64,000 nt of DNA, from the IMG/VR virus record IMGVR_UViG_3300042397_000787; one strand, written 5' to 3'. The stretch is from a virus. This document shows positions 1 through 9,602 of this stretch, piece after piece. Numbering within the stretch: the first letter of the stretch is position 1; each line of letters starts with the position of its first letter. Made by a program: the position numbers and the translations under genes. A model generated the notes under the pieces. It made no database searches. It was not told the origin of the DNA and saw nothing but the letters and a program-made list of their open reading frames with translations.

Positions 1-190
1 TGTTAGTGAGAAAATGCTTTTCGCCGTCAGTAAGACGTTTCTTCCAATCGTTTACATCTTCAATCATAGGAACTTCTGTATGAAGCCAGTGGGATTGTTC
101 ATGCTTCAACCAGGCATCATATGCCCACGGGTAATTAAATGGCTTAAAATAAGAACGTTCATCCATAAGAGTAATCGAAGGTTTGGTCAT
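1..190 (-). CDS. nrdB: Ribonucleotide reductase class Ia beta subunit, N-terminal part (runs off window)
   Basis: Manual translation from ATG at 190: MTKPSITLMDERSYFKPFNYPWAYDAWLKHEQSHWLHTEVPMIEDVNDWKKRL..., a typical NrdB N-terminus; follows nrdA-grx. Not in ORF track. Confidence 0.9.
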   Translation of the reverse strand, partial: MTKPSITLMDERSYFKPFNYPWAYDAWLKHEQSHWLHTEVPMIEDVNDWKKRLTDGEKHFLTN

Positions 191-909
191 TTGTTGGCTT
201 TCGTAAATAACATGTAAGTCTGGTCGTAGGTGGAATCGAAAAGTTTTTCTACTTGCCAAGTAGTCTCGTCGGCAATAGCATATACTATATCTTCACTATA
301 TCTATATGGCTCGGCAATTTCAACCTTTTTATATTCTAAATCCGGTGTTTCTGAAAATAAAAAAGTAATTATAAGTTTAGCATCATCATTGAATAGGTTG
401 TGAGAACGAGACAAAAATAATTTTAGTTTATCGTAATGTAAATGAGTAAATACAGAATGGGCAAATCCAAAATCAAACTTTACATTAAAATCTTCAAATG
501 AAAAATCGTCAGTAATTATAAAATTTTCGGATGTTATCTTATTCTGTAAATTATATTTCGGAACTTCGTAATTAAGACCAGCTTCAACTAATCCTAGATT
601 AACATCTATACCATAATAATTATTAGGGTCAAGATATTCGATTAATTTGCAACCAACTCTCATACTACCACAACCAACATCTAGTATTTTCATGTTGGAT
701 TGTAGTCCATGAGACTTTAATATATCAAGATGATGAGTTCCTATTTCATCCCAATGTTCTATTGGTCCACCTACTAATTTTCTATGGTCATTATCTTGTT
801 TTCTGTAATCACTGAGTATTTCAAATGGAGAATAATAACCATTGTCTAAATCAATAGGAGTCTCTGCTAATATCTCACATTTATTCAAAATCAATTTTCG
901 GCGGCCCAC
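187..909 (-). CDS. Class I SAM-dependent methyltransferase
   Basis: ILDVGCGS motif I, YYGID, FAHSVFTH; AT-rich relative to neighbours. Confidence 0.85.
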   Translation of the reverse strand: MGRRKLILNKCEILAETPIDLDNGYYSPFEILSDYRKQDNDHRKLVGGPIEHWDEIGTHHLDILKSHGLQSNMKILDVGCGSMRVGCKLIEYLDPNNYYGIDVNLGLVEAGLNYEVPKYNLQNKITSENFIITDDFSFEDFNVKFDFGFAHSVFTHLHYDKLKLFLSRSHNLFNDDAKLIITFLFSETPDLEYKKVEIAEPYRYSEDIVYAIADETTWQVEKLFDSTYDQTYMLFTKANK

Positions 910-1127
910 TTAACAAGATCGTCATAACCACCAACATGTTCACCATTGATCCAAATCTGTGGAACAGTGGTCACATTAGGAAGTTGTGCAGTAATGTCTT
1001 CCCAAAGGCAGTCTTTTCCGACTACCATTTCGGTATATTGAATGTCCATACCCTGCATAAACTCTTTTGCTTTTACGCAATAAGGGCAATCTGGTTTTGA
1101 AACTATTTGTGCAAACAATTGTGTCAT
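891..1127 (-). CDS. Glutaredoxin
   Basis: CPYC active site, TVPQI, GGYDDL; adjacent to nrdA. Confidence 0.95.
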   Translation of the reverse strand: MTQLFAQIVSKPDCPYCVKAKEFMQGMDIQYTEMVVGKDCLWEDITAQLPNVTTVPQIWINGEHVGGYDDLVKWAAEN

Positions 1128-1131
1128 TTAC

Positions 1132-2931
1132 TTATCCTTCGCAAGCTATGCAAGCATCGCCATCGATCATTGCTTTAAAGTCAATTTCCTTAATTGCATC
1201 TCGTTCGATGCGCTTGGAAATCTTATCTGCCTTACCGAGTTTTTCTGAACGGCAATAATATAAAGTCTTTAACCCCTGCTTCCATGCTAGGAAGTGGACA
1301 GCATGAAGATATTTGATATTTGCATCGGGACGGAAGAATAGATTGAGAGACTGTGCCTGATCAATAAACTTCTGTCTGTCTGCCGCATGTTCAATGACCC
1401 ACCGTTGGTCAATTTCCATGGAGGTCTTATAGACTTCCTTGGTTGTTGTATCCATCCAAGTAAGGTGTTGAACCGAACCATCATTGGCGATAATAGAAGA
1501 CCAAACTTCGTCATACCAACCATCTTTCTGGTTTACTGATTCAAACTTAATGATTCCGTCAAGGTATTTATTCTTATTCAGAAATGAACCCGATAATGTA
1601 TCTTGACGATATGCGTTGGCTCTCCACGGTTCAATCGATGGACTTGTATTACCCATGATGATAGATGAAGATGCATTAGGCGCAATAGCTTGCATGTGGC
1701 TGAAACGACGACCCGTACCAGCAGCATCAGGTGCTTCACCGCGTTCTGTGCCTAGTTCTAGGTTAGCAACATCTAAGCGTGTCTTAATGTGCTTGAAGAT
1801 ACGCATATTGGTACCCTTAGCAACTGCCGACTCCCATGCAACACCCTTACGCTGGAGATAAGCATGAAAGCCTAGAGCGCCAATACCGATAGAACGTTCG
1901 CGCTTGGCCGAGTAAATTGCTCTGGAAACTTGCTTTGGTGCATTATCAATGAAATACTGAAGAACATTGTCAAGCATCTCTGCCATATCTTTCAAGAACA
2001 GAGGGTCCTTGGACCACGCATCATAATATTCTAGATTGACTGAGGACAAGCAACAAACAGCCGTGCGTTTTCTATCGGTAGGAAGAATAATTTCAGAGCA
2101 AAGATTGGACTGGTGTATCTTTAGACCCAAGGCCTTTTGAAAATCTGGCAACGCACGGTTCGAGGCATCGATAAAGTGAATGTAAGGCTCACCTGTCATC
2201 ATTCGAAGTTCGAGTATCTTCTGCCAAAGTTCCTTAGCAGAAACAGTATCACGAATTTCACCCGACTTTGGATCAGTCAGATTCCAGCTATCATCTGTAT
2301 CGTCATCTGCCATACAACGTTCGATGATTTGCATGAAGTCGTCGGTGATATTGATTCCGTGGTGCAAATTGAGCGCCCGCATATTGGGGTCGCCAGTTGG
2401 CTTGCGCATTTCTAGAAATAGCCCAACATCAGGGTGAGAAATATCCAGATAAGCAGCATAAGAACCACGGCGAGTGCGACCTTGACGGTAAGCCATAGAA
2501 GAAGCATCATAAGTGCGAAGATGAGGCATAACACCAGTAGACTTATCATCTGCGGCGCGAATACCAAAACCAATACCAACGCCGCCACCAAGCATAGACA
2601 ACCAGTTAGTTTCTGAAAGATTTTCAACTAGACCCTCCGCAGTATCATCAATGAAGTTTAGGAAACAACTGATTGGCATACCACGCTTCGACCGACCAAA
2701 CGAGAGGATCGGAGTTGCATATGACAACCAGTGCTTTGACGCATATTCGTATAGACGCTGCGCATGTGCAGGATTAGAACCGAACGTCTTTGAAACAAAA
2801 GCGAACCGATGTTGCGGAGACGTTTCGTCGTCCTTCATGTATGATTCTTGAAGTCGCTGAATACCTAGTTTGTCAAACAGGGAGTCCCGTGATAGGTCAA
2901 TCTCAATATCCAGATAATTCTCTCTTGCCAT
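1132..2931 (-). CDS. nrdA: Ribonucleotide reductase class Ia alpha subunit (short, no evident ATP cone)
   Basis: SNLCSEI radical Cys motif, APNASSS, KTLYY, C-terminal CIAC redox pair. Confidence 0.97.
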   Translation of the reverse strand: MARENYLDIEIDLSRDSLFDKLGIQRLQESYMKDDETSPQHRFAFVSKTFGSNPAHAQRLYEYASKHWLSYATPILSFGRSKRGMPISCFLNFIDDTAEGLVENLSETNWLSMLGGGVGIGFGIRAADDKSTGVMPHLRTYDASSMAYRQGRTRRGSYAAYLDISHPDVGLFLEMRKPTGDPNMRALNLHHGINITDDFMQIIERCMADDDTDDSWNLTDPKSGEIRDTVSAKELWQKILELRMMTGEPYIHFIDASNRALPDFQKALGLKIHQSNLCSEIILPTDRKRTAVCCLSSVNLEYYDAWSKDPLFLKDMAEMLDNVLQYFIDNAPKQVSRAIYSAKRERSIGIGALGFHAYLQRKGVAWESAVAKGTNMRIFKHIKTRLDVANLELGTERGEAPDAAGTGRRFSHMQAIAPNASSSIIMGNTSPSIEPWRANAYRQDTLSGSFLNKNKYLDGIIKFESVNQKDGWYDEVWSSIIANDGSVQHLTWMDTTTKEVYKTSMEIDQRWVIEHAADRQKFIDQAQSLNLFFRPDANIKYLHAVHFLAWKQGLKTLYYCRSEKLGKADKISKRIERDAIKEIDFKAMIDGDACIACEG

Positions 2932-3474
2932 TTATAGTCCCTGTTCCTTCAAAACTTTTTCGATGTCTGGTTTAAAGTAAGTATCTGGTTTCAGAATCTT
3001 ACCATCTGCCCGTTTCTTAATCTTTCCACTCTCGGAAACCTTGCTCATATTTGATGCTCGAACTTCTTCCCATACCGCATCAAAATTAATACCCAGAGTT
3101 GCGAAAAGTCCTTTTACGACCCAGACTAAATCTGCGCCACCATCTGCAACGTCACCGATGTGCCGACGAAGAAATCCGTCACACAGTTCGCGGAATTCTT
3201 CATCAATTAGATCAATATATAGCTTGGCTTGAGCCTCATTATTTTCATTTAGATGTGGAGTTGCACCGATATACTGGTCGGCCGCTGCCATAAACTGTTC
3301 AACATCATTCTGATAATTATTATTCTTCTTACTCAATGTATAACTCCCATCTTCATTTTCTATCCAAATTATTGTATCACCGGGCTTCCACCCAGTTTCT
3401 TCCTCAAGGCCATCCCAGGCAATATAATGTTCATCTGAAACTGCATCATACTGCACTGTAACTGTATCCACCAT
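2932..3474 (-). CDS. MazG-like/PRA-PH NTP pyrophosphohydrolase with an N-terminal AbrB-like segment
   Basis: LIDEEFREL...D..ADL...SNMSK...DGKILKP; N-terminal GWKPGDTIIW...DGSYTL resembles an AbrB/SpoVT hairpin. Confidence 0.8.
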   Translation of the reverse strand: MVDTVTVQYDAVSDEHYIAWDGLEEETGWKPGDTIIWIENEDGSYTLSKKNNNYQNDVEQFMAAADQYIGATPHLNENNEAQAKLYIDLIDEEFRELCDGFLRRHIGDVADGGADLVWVVKGLFATLGINFDAVWEEVRASNMSKVSESGKIKKRADGKILKPDTYFKPDIEKVLKEQGL

Positions 3475-3475
3475 T

Positions 3476-4321
3476 TTAATACTCCAAAGCTGATTTACAA
3501 ATATCTTCTAAAGATTTAGTTTCAGTGAAAAACTTGCTTACTTCTGGTAGAACAGAAACTACAACTTCTCCAGGTCTTCTATCACAATACACTTTTTTGA
3601 TGGGTTTGTCAATGACATTTTCCATGGCAGACACAACTTCTAGCACAGAACTTCCTGTTGTGCTTCCCAGACATTCTACATTATTTGTTGCACCATTTTC
3701 TACTATTCTATAAAGAGAATCCACAATATCTGTAATATGCGTATAATTTCGAATAGTAGTTCCGTCTCTAGTATCATAATCAGTACCAAAGATACCAACT
3801 TCTGGATACAAACCATTAGCAACTGCGGCCAATTTACGAATTAAGTGATAGTGACTGTCATCGAACTTGTCGAATCCGTCGTTACCACTGACATTATAAA
3901 ATCTAGCAATACTATAAGACGGAAGTAATGTAACTAAGTCTTCGCCTGCTCGTTTACTTCCGGCGTATGGACTACTTCCAGGATTAAATGCGGAGCCTGT
4001 GCTACAGTAAACAAAATTATCTGTTCTAGTTGAATCTAGAACGTTTTGAGTGCCTAAAAGATTTGTCTTATAATAAGGAATAGGCATTGTAACCGATTTT
4101 GATACCATCGTCAATGCCGCTAGATGAACAACAGCATCATAATCCCCAGCAAAAGTGGCAATTCTGATATCCCAAGGAATTACCTTACCCTCAATATACT
4201 TGGAAATTTCATTCTGTTGCAAATTGAAATCTGTTGCGTAAACTTGATGTCCACCCTCTGCCAACTTTTTGACAAGATGACTACCAATATAGCCAGTTGC
4301 ACCGGTAACTAGGACTTTCAT
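3476..4321 (-). CDS. galE: NAD-dependent epimerase, UDP-glucose 4-epimerase-like
   Basis: GATGYIGSH, HLAA, YAGSK (YxxxK), RFYNV, DGTTIRNYTHI, RRPG. Confidence 0.85.
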   Translation of the reverse strand: MKVLVTGATGYIGSHLVKKLAEGGHQVYATDFNLQQNEISKYIEGKVIPWDIRIATFAGDYDAVVHLAALTMVSKSVTMPIPYYKTNLLGTQNVLDSTRTDNFVYCSTGSAFNPGSSPYAGSKRAGEDLVTLLPSYSIARFYNVSGNDGFDKFDDSHYHLIRKLAAVANGLYPEVGIFGTDYDTRDGTTIRNYTHITDIVDSLYRIVENGATNNVECLGSTTGSSVLEVVSAMENVIDKPIKKVYCDRRPGEVVVSVLPEVSKFFTETKSLEDICKSALEY

Positions 4322-4404
4322 CTATCTTCCCGACTTTTTTGAGTTAAAAATTTGGCGAGAAAAAAATGTCACTTGCCGTTTTTCAAAGGTTCCTGGCTTT
4401 TTGG

Positions 4405-5115
4405 TCAAGGTAGTTTTCTTTCGAACTCTGCCCATGCCGCCATGTCATCTAGTGCCTTGATTACATCGGGAAAGTGTTGACCAATAATCTCCCAGCACTG
4501 TTCTGCTACGATGCGGTGTTCTTTCTGTGTGGCTTTGTCCATACGAAGTTGGCAGTAGTGAACCCACGAACGTAGCGAACCTGCCATGATAATGATGGAC
4601 TCTGTATTACCTTCAGGTAGAACGGCGCGGGCCTGTTCTTTGGCAATACCATTCTCAATTGCCCACTCATAAGCATCTAAAGCGGCATCAGTGGCGTTTA
4701 CCTGTCTCATTGCCCATTGTTCGGCCAATTCATTGTTTCCGGATCCCAATTCCACCGAGTTTTGTCGGTTATTGGCGTCCTGTAGTCTTGCCTCTCTAGT
4801 GACAAATTCAAGGCTTTTAGTCGGGTCTGCATATCTCTGCGAAAATTCTTGGAACGAAAAGGATCGATGGCGAAGAATTTGCCGAGCGATGTCACGAGTT
4901 GTTTTAATTTCCATTGATACATGTACCATCTCCAATGGTGACCAGTGTTGGTTCTTGATAAGATATTGAACCAACTTAGGTGCTGTTGCTGTATTGTTTT
5001 GATTCGAGGGATTCGATACTCTTGCTGCCCATGCAACAAGTTCATTGGCAGTATTACATTCTGTGTAGGCACTTGGCTTTGTAATACCAATTAAATTTAC
5101 TTCACTCAACTTCAA
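4405..5115 (-). CDS. thyX: Flavin-dependent thymidylate synthase
   Basis: HWSPLE, RQILRHRSFSFQEFSQRY, QKEHR. Confidence 0.97.
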   Translation of the reverse strand: MKLSEVNLIGITKPSAYTECNTANELVAWAARVSNPSNQNNTATAPKLVQYLIKNQHWSPLEMVHVSMEIKTTRDIARQILRHRSFSFQEFSQRYADPTKSLEFVTREARLQDANNRQNSVELGSGNNELAEQWAMRQVNATDAALDAYEWAIENGIAKEQARAVLPEGNTESIIIMAGSLRSWVHYCQLRMDKATQKEHRIVAEQCWEIIGQHFPDVIKALDDMAAWAEFERKLP

Positions 5116-5380
5116 ATTCCTTCACTGCTTGGAACTGTGCCTTACTTACGAAACCAACACCCAATAGATGGTCTACACGGTCAGTTGCGTCGGCATAATC
5201 TGCATATCTACCATCATCGAACCACCACCAGCGGTCGAGACCAAGGAACCAGCGAGGTTCGCGTCGGTATTCGACCAGCCACATATCGTCGGTTCGATGG
5301 ATACGCAACTTTGTAATCTTAATACGGTGTATCTCTACACCATATTCATTAGCGACCAATTCGCTCATATCTTTCTCCAC
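5102..5380 (-). CDS. Hypothetical Trp-rich protein
   Basis: Overlaps primase stop and thyX start; same-strand packing. Confidence 0.7.
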   Translation of the reverse strand: MEKDMSELVANEYGVEIHRIKITKLRIHRTDDMWLVEYRREPRWFLGLDRWWWFDDGRYADYADATDRVDHLLGVGFVSKAQFQAVKEFEVE

Positions 5381-6405
5381 ATGGCATATCTTGCCTTTGC
5401 TGCTAACCCTTGAAACGTATTATCATTTATAATAGCATGAATTTCATCGGGTGTCAATCCATTTTCAATCATCTCATTGATATCTTTACCGGGAACACTG
5501 TCTGGCCAGATTACCATCTTATAACTCATATCTATATACTTATTCATCAACTTACCGACTTCTCGGTTTTTAGGTTGATTGTCAAAAATAATTGTTATTT
5601 TTTCTTTTTGTATCGGGAGTTGGTCGATTTTTCCGAATGACGTTCCAGCACAAGCGATAGAATTATCCAGAAAAAGGGAGTCAAGGGGCCCTTCGACAAC
5701 GAGTATTTCTTTTGTAGGATCGACCTTATCCAGACCGAAAATGGATGGCGCATCTTCATCTACCTTAACATTAATATAACGTAACGACTCGCCTCGGATT
5801 CCGCGAAGGCTAACAACCAAGAGTTTACCAGAGCCATCAAAAAAAGGAATCGCAAGCCTCGGCTCGGTTGTGATGATGGACTCTTTGTATTTGGCATTAA
5901 GTTGTATGATGTCTTTAACATTAGGTATGAAATACAGCCGACTAAAAGCATCGCGAGGGATTTTGCGGTCAGTAACATATTGAATTACCTCGTGGTCATC
6001 TGGTAGTGTATCAAGTCGATCCATAATTTGGTCGATTGGTTTAGGGTCTGGTTTCTTAGTGAATACAGGCGGTGAAAAATCTAGAACGTCTTGAATATTC
6101 TTGTGAGACTTAGCAGGTCCAACTTTGGCAGTATCTGCATAGCGTTGTATGACATACTGCCTATATTGATTGTCATCAAACTGCTTTAGAAAGTTGCCGA
6201 AGCCCATAGATACGCCACAGTTGTGACACTTATAGTTTAGGTCATTCTTTCCTAAGAAGAAATAGCCGCGAGATTTTCTTTTGTTACGCGAGGAGTCACC
6301 GCAGATGGGACACCTGCAGTTCCAAAGATCGTTAGATTTTTTCTTGAAGTTCTCCAGACGATACGAAATGGCATGGAGAAACTGAATATCAATATATGCA
6401 CTCAT
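5365..6405 (-). CDS. DNA primase (T4 gp61-like); likely start ATG 6405
   Basis: CPICGDS...YKCHNC zinc ribbon, VVEGPLDSLF Toprim, KDINEM. Confidence 0.95.
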   Translation of the reverse strand: MSAYIDIQFLHAISYRLENFKKKSNDLWNCRCPICGDSSRNKRKSRGYFFLGKNDLNYKCHNCGVSMGFGNFLKQFDDNQYRQYVIQRYADTAKVGPAKSHKNIQDVLDFSPPVFTKKPDPKPIDQIMDRLDTLPDDHEVIQYVTDRKIPRDAFSRLYFIPNVKDIIQLNAKYKESIITTEPRLAIPFFDGSGKLLVVSLRGIRGESLRYINVKVDEDAPSIFGLDKVDPTKEILVVEGPLDSLFLDNSIACAGTSFGKIDQLPIQKEKITIIFDNQPKNREVGKLMNKYIDMSYKMVIWPDSVPGKDINEMIENGLTPDEIHAIINDNTFQGLAAKARYAMWRKI

Positions 6406-6411
6406 AGATTC

Positions 6412-6440
6412 ACTATACACCTTTAGACGGTGTAAGTCAA
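6412..6440 (-). promoter_or_regulatory. Sigma70-type promoter of primase, probably leaderless
   Basis: TTGACT-N17-TATAGT, then GAATCT ATG. Confidence 0.7.
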
Positions 6441-6445
6441 CCCTT

Positions 6446-6910
6446 TTAGAAGAACTTCATCACCATCGGTAATATTTTTGTGATGATGGCACCGAGAACA
6501 ATGCCACCACCTATCATAATATACTTGGTTCTTTCCAATTTGTCAATACGATTTTTATGTTTTTCTTCTTCTTTATCAACTGAACCCTTGAGGTCTTTGA
6601 TAGCAGCAAGCATCTTGTCTTCGGTAGACTGAATTTTTGCTTCAAGTTCACGAGTGGTTGTTGTGATACGCGAATGTAACTCGGCGTTACTTGCCTTGGT
6701 TTCTTGTCTATGCACCTCTAAACTCTGGTAGATATCTTCGTTGACATTTTCTTGTGCTTCGAGTTTAGTATCATGAACAGCAAGCATCTTATTGATGCAG
6801 TTGGAAACATCACCAATCTTTTCGATTGCGAGGTCAAGGCGACCGAACACCACCTGAATTTGCTTCAGGTCATGTTCGATTACCGCGACTTTGGTTTCCA
6901 AAGATTCCAA
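6446..6910 (-). CDS. Coiled-coil protein with C-terminal transmembrane helix
   Basis: Heptad pattern; hydrophobic YIMIGGGIVLGAIITKIL; TTG start. Confidence 0.75.
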   Translation of the reverse strand: MESLETKVAVIEHDLKQIQVVFGRLDLAIEKIGDVSNCINKMLAVHDTKLEAQENVNEDIYQSLEVHRQETKASNAELHSRITTTTRELEAKIQSTEDKMLAAIKDLKGSVDKEEEKHKNRIDKLERTKYIMIGGGIVLGAIITKILPMVMKFF

Positions 6911-7081
6911 TTACTTTGCCTTTGGTTTACGTGCTTTTTTGACAACTGCTTTAACTTGTTCAACCTTTGCTTCTGCCTTATCAACTGCGGCAGTAACCTC
7001 AGCGAGGTCAATCTTACCGTCCTTGTTAGCGTCTACAAAACCAAAAAGTTTTTTCAGTGCATCTTTGATTTGATTAAGCAT
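6911..7081 (-). CDS. Small EF-hand-like basic protein
   Basis: ATG 7081 after GGGGA; DANKDGKID loop; Lys-rich tail. Confidence 0.7.
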   Translation of the reverse strand: MLNQIKDALKKLFGFVDANKDGKIDLAEVTAAVDKAEAKVEQVKAVVKKARKPKAK

Positions 7082-7085
7082 ATTC

Positions 7086-8261
7086 TTATCCCCAGTTTGC
7101 GTATTGTTTAGTTTTCTTAATACGGTCATCAAGACCATGCGTACCACCGTTTACTCGGCGAGTAATCTGGCCGATGACTGCATCTGTTACACCCTTATCT
7201 GCAATAGCGAATAGACCATTCTTATTGAAGAACCAAAGAGCGGATTCGAAAGCAAGTTCTGTTGCTACGATGTCTGGGTTTGTCAGGACATCAGGGCGCT
7301 TGATTGATTGTGAGAATGCAGTGTAGTTATCCTTACCAGTTAACTGGATTGGACCACGGCCACGGAACTTATATCCGTCACCCGATGACTCTGGTCCATT
7401 ACCCATACGATTAGCATACACTTTGTTTGCAATCTTTTCTGGCTTACGAGCATATCCGGCAGTCGATGCGATGGTCGGAAAATACTTCTTGAAGATGCCG
7501 TTGAGGCCCTTGTCAGAGTAGTTTAGATTTTCTGAGAACACCTTGAAGCCACCGGACTCATGAGCGCATTGTCCAAAGAAGTGCGCAGCCTGTGCAGTAG
7601 AAAGTTTGTAGTAATCCTTAGCACCCTTGAATGTTCCTGGGCCCCACTTACCATCGGCTGGAATACCACACTTCGCTTGAAGTGCCGCCATTGGTCCAAG
7701 ACCAGCAGTTGATGTTGCTTGAACGGCGGCCTTAGCAACTTGCGCTACTGCTTGAACAACAGGCGCACCCGCTTCTCTAGTAGTCGATGGGTCAAAGTCA
7801 GCAACAGGTGTATACTTTGTACCACCAGCCTTAGACTTAGTGGCAATCAAACGTTGTTTACGATTGCCGCCTTCTTTCTTAATTGATGCGTGAACCCAAC
7901 CAGAATTCTTATCGCCCGCTGCATAGAACTCAAGGATAACCTGATCGAACTCAAGGTTATCGGCAACCCAGTCAGCAACCTTCTTGTTGTCTACACCCTT
8001 AACTTCGAAGTCAATTGCTTGACCGTTAACGTGTTGAGAAGTCTTCGAACCACCTACTGCCTTGTTGACAAGTGGTGCGCGATAAGACGAGTTGATTGTA
8101 ACTGGCCCAAACTTGGCTCTTACTGGCTCAAGAATCTTCTCGCAACAGTAGCGCATATTTTCGATATGCTCTGCGGTTGGAGTGTTAGGGATGCCTAGTC
8201 GCTTGGCGGTAGGCGATACTGTCATTTCTTCCAGTGCAAAATGTTCTGTTAGCTTTGTCAT
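7086..8261 (-). CDS. Endolysin: N-terminal peptidase M15, short PG-binding-like linker, C-terminal GH19 muramidase
   Basis: SSYR..N..VGG..SQH...AID...WVH (M15); ADGKWGPGT; AHESGGF, YANRMGNG, FRGRGPIQLTGKDNY, INGG-like VNGGTHGLDDR (GH19). Confidence 0.92.
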   Translation of the reverse strand: MTKLTEHFALEEMTVSPTAKRLGIPNTPTAEHIENMRYCCEKILEPVRAKFGPVTINSSYRAPLVNKAVGGSKTSQHVNGQAIDFEVKGVDNKKVADWVADNLEFDQVILEFYAAGDKNSGWVHASIKKEGGNRKQRLIATKSKAGGTKYTPVADFDPSTTREAGAPVVQAVAQVAKAAVQATSTAGLGPMAALQAKCGIPADGKWGPGTFKGAKDYYKLSTAQAAHFFGQCAHESGGFKVFSENLNYSDKGLNGIFKKYFPTIASTAGYARKPEKIANKVYANRMGNGPESSGDGYKFRGRGPIQLTGKDNYTAFSQSIKRPDVLTNPDIVATELAFESALWFFNKNGLFAIADKGVTDAVIGQITRRVNGGTHGLDDRIKKTKQYANWG

Positions 8262-8713
8262 TAGAATGGTCCGTGGTCTTCGTCTGAATCTTTATACTTA
8301 TCAATTGCTGCCATCAGTTTAATTTCTGTGTCAGCTTCAATTGATTCCGCTTGGGCATTGGTAACATGCGCTTCTGCTAGTGCCTTATGGTCAGTCTTAC
8401 CTAGCTCTTGAACTTTGACATTAGGGTCAAGTTCTGAAACTTTCATACCCATCATCGTCGCAAACGCACCGACGAAAGCACCAACGATGGTAGAGAATGC
8501 TGGACCAATAATCTTAAAGATTTCGTTGTTATCGATTGTCTCATTAGGAACAAAAAGGCCAATCATCATGGTCACAACAACAGACATCATAATGATGCCA
8601 AGAATAGCCGCGGCCATCTTCATGATGGTAAGTTGAATCTTACCCTTCTCAATTTCTAGTTCTTGGAGGGTATCAATTTGTTTACCCACCGAGAAAAAAT
8701 TTGACAAACTCAT
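8261..8713 (-). CDS. Two-TM membrane protein, holin candidate
   Basis: Two hydrophobic segments; directly upstream of the endolysin. Confidence 0.6.
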   Translation of the reverse strand: MSLSNFFSVGKQIDTLQELEIEKGKIQLTIMKMAAAILGIIMMSVVVTMMIGLFVPNETIDNNEIFKIIGPAFSTIVGAFVGAFATMMGMKVSELDPNVKVQELGKTDHKALAEAHVTNAQAESIEADTEIKLMAAIDKYKDSDEDHGPF

Positions 8714-9249
8714 TGTGCATTCCTTCTTATAATTTTTTTCTTCTTTTTATAATTTGCTTGTGCCTTCTTAGAGACACCAGGTTCTGCTTGGTTGGCTTTA
8801 GTTGGATTTGGAATACCAATCCCAGCTATTCCACCACCACCGACACCCATCTCTTCAACAAACTGTCTGAATGATAGTGTTCTGTTCTCTAGGTCTTCTG
8901 CTAAAGCAATAGCGTCTGGTTCTTGGTGTGCCATGTAGAATAGTTCCTCTAAAACATCGTCATCATATTCTACCCCTTCTTTTACCAATGCAACCGCAGC
9001 GGCAAAAGAAAGAAAGTTCTTACTTTCTACTGGCACCATATGAATAATTCTTTTCAATCTAAAAACTAAACGATGGAGATAAGTATATGCTTCTCTCTCA
9101 ACATCTGTATTTAGTTTTGAAATTGGTGTGATTTCTTTACCCTTCTTGTCGATAATGCCCAAGCGGTATGCGTCCGTTCTTTCAAACGGAGTAGTGAGCA
9201 TCCATAGGACGCGCAGTGCAATAGCATTATCGATCAACTTAGCCATCAA
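8710..9249 (-). CDS. Conserved T4-like hypothetical protein (probably virion-associated)
   Basis: TPFERTDAYRLGIIDKKG motif seen in marine/freshwater T4-like phages; internal LSFRQFVEE. Confidence 0.7.
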   Translation of the reverse strand: MMAKLIDNAIALRVLWMLTTPFERTDAYRLGIIDKKGKEITPISKLNTDVEREAYTYLHRLVFRLKRIIHMVPVESKNFLSFAAAVALVKEGVEYDDDVLEELFYMAHQEPDAIALAEDLENRTLSFRQFVEEMGVGGGGIAGIGIPNPTKANQAEPGVSKKAQANYKKKKKIIRRNAQ

Positions 9250-9601
9250 TATTCCTTAAAGTTCTCGCTATGTTTAAATCTAAAGGTATTTCTGGTATAT
9301 CATCTACAGTCATTCTATTTAGATAAACTAGAAATGTTTTCAGGTATGACCAATACTTATTTTCTAATTTATATAAAAGCATCAAAGTGGTTTCATTACC
9401 AAATACGTTATACAAAACTATTAAGTGATTGAGTATCAATCTTTCACTTAATATATCTGTTGTTACATATCTACGAAATAATCGTTTGATATACTTAAAT
9501 CGTTTTAAATCTTCTTCAAGGTCAGACATACCAAGGCAACCTCGATTGTCATAACTCTTAATAGCAAAGATCAAAAAATTATCATCATTTAATTCAAACA
9601 T
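9239..9601 (-). CDS. Conserved T4-like hypothetical protein
   Basis: EDLKRFKYIKRL...RLILNHLIVLYNVFG motif. Confidence 0.75.
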   Translation of the reverse strand: MFELNDDNFLIFAIKSYDNRGCLGMSDLEEDLKRFKYIKRLFRRYVTTDILSERLILNHLIVLYNVFGNETTLMLLYKLENKYWSYLKTFLVYLNRMTVDDIPEIPLDLNIARTLRNIDG

Positions 9602-9602
9602 A

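Noticed and set aside
4322-4435. Possible 37-aa basic ORF (MGRVRKKTT...) bridging thyX and galE
   Set aside because: Overlaps the thyX end, no convincing RBS, too short to support.
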